From: a virus
Taxonomy: Duplodnaviria; Caudoviricetes
Reading direction: 5' to 3' (one strand)
IMG/VR virus record: IMGVR_UViG_3300010206_000014
Span: 1 to 26,055 of that record
Length of the DNA: 26,055 bases
The position numbers were made by a program, and so were the translations under genes. Positions 25,671-26,055 of the stretch are shown piece after piece (position 1 is the first letter of the stretch; every line of letters begins with the position of its first letter). The notes beneath the pieces are model-generated. The model searched no databases. It was not told where the DNA came from and worked only from the letters and a program-made list of their open reading frames with translations.

Positions 25671-25672
25671 AG

Positions 25673-25909
25673 TCAGCCCTCCTGCGCCGGGGCGGAAAGG
25701 GCAGCATCATCATTCGCCAAAGCATCGGCAACGGTGGCCGGAATCGTTGATGCGTGCTCCTCCAGAGTCTTGATCAGGACGCAGAGGCTGTTGGCCCCGG
25801 CGGTGTCTCCGATCTTGGAAAGTTTCGACGCGATGTCGGTTGTTATCGCCAGCACGAGCGTAAGTGTTTCCGCCGCTGTGCCCCTGCGGATTTCACCGAT
25901 GTCCACCAT
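25673..25909 (-). CDS. Hypothetical protein (78 aa)
   Basis: ATG with upstream purine-rich SD; tightly packed with the downstream gene. Confidence 0.6.
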   Translation of the reverse strand: MVDIGEIRRGTAAETLTLVLAITTDIASKLSKIGDTAGANSLCVLIKTLEEHASTIPATVADALANDDAALSAPAQEG

Positions 25910-26006
25910 CCTTCATCCCTTTCCCGCGGCCCCGCCGCGATCTGCGCAAATCATTGTTCCGCGTTTCGCATTCCTCAGGCGGCCTTTGATCTGCTTGATT
26001 TTTCGA

Positions 26007-26055
26007 TAGATTGTGGATCTGGGGGTCCCCCGTTCGAGCCGGGGAGGCGGTACCA
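26007..26055 (+). other. att core: 3' half of tRNA-His(GUG), with anticodon loop, T arm, acceptor strand and CCA
   Basis: Loop TTGTGGA at 26011-26017; T arm CCCCG-TTCGAGC-CGGGG; AGGCGGT-A-CCA; no D arm or 5' acceptor strand upstream. Confidence 0.9.

Larger units (their letters stand above)
1..26055. mobile_element. Temperate podovirus/prophage segment (BPP-1/epsilon15-like morphogenesis module) ending at a tRNA-His att site
   Basis: Continuous, translationally coupled terminase-portal-scaffold-capsid-tail-ejection-fibre-lysis gene order; no tape measure or sheath; 3' half of a tRNA at the right end. Confidence 0.95.

Noticed and set aside
25380-26009. 209-aa + strand ORF
   Set aside because: It is antisense to three well-supported, coupled - strand genes.
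26007-26055. Functional tRNA-His gene
   Set aside because: The D arm and 5' acceptor strand are absent; it is an att duplication.
1-26055. CRISPR array, IS element or integrase
   Set aside because: No regularly spaced repeats, transposase or tyrosine/serine recombinase motifs were seen.

Overview
This window is the late half of a GC-rich temperate podovirus or prophage with a BPP-1/epsilon15-like layout, most likely infecting an alphaproteobacterium. On the + strand (1-23854) the order is: terminase C-terminus; an HslV/proteasome-like Thr protease and a permuted papain-like protein; portal, scaffold, major capsid and cement proteins; tail adaptor and nozzle; a free-standing HNH-AP2 endonuclease; four ejection proteins; tail fibre and chaperone; a lysis cassette; and two post-lysis accessory proteins (Ig-like; PKD plus beta-helix). 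A convergent - strand cluster of small early-type genes follows, and the window ends in the 3' half of tRNA-His(GUG), the att core. The strongest unexplained signals are four. (1) The third ejection protein carries an inserted ADP-ribosyltransferase-like domain and hides a codon-adapted 68-aa gene in its +1 frame, with its own SD and an extended -10. (2) A recurring GTGCAT-N(20-25)-xAnnnT element precedes late genes; two are leaderless-type and some have hairpins that pair with the AUG. (3) A tandem pair of proteases sits between terminase and portal. (4) The att site lies at the head of an early-type operon. All family calls come from motifs and synteny read by eye; no database searches were run.
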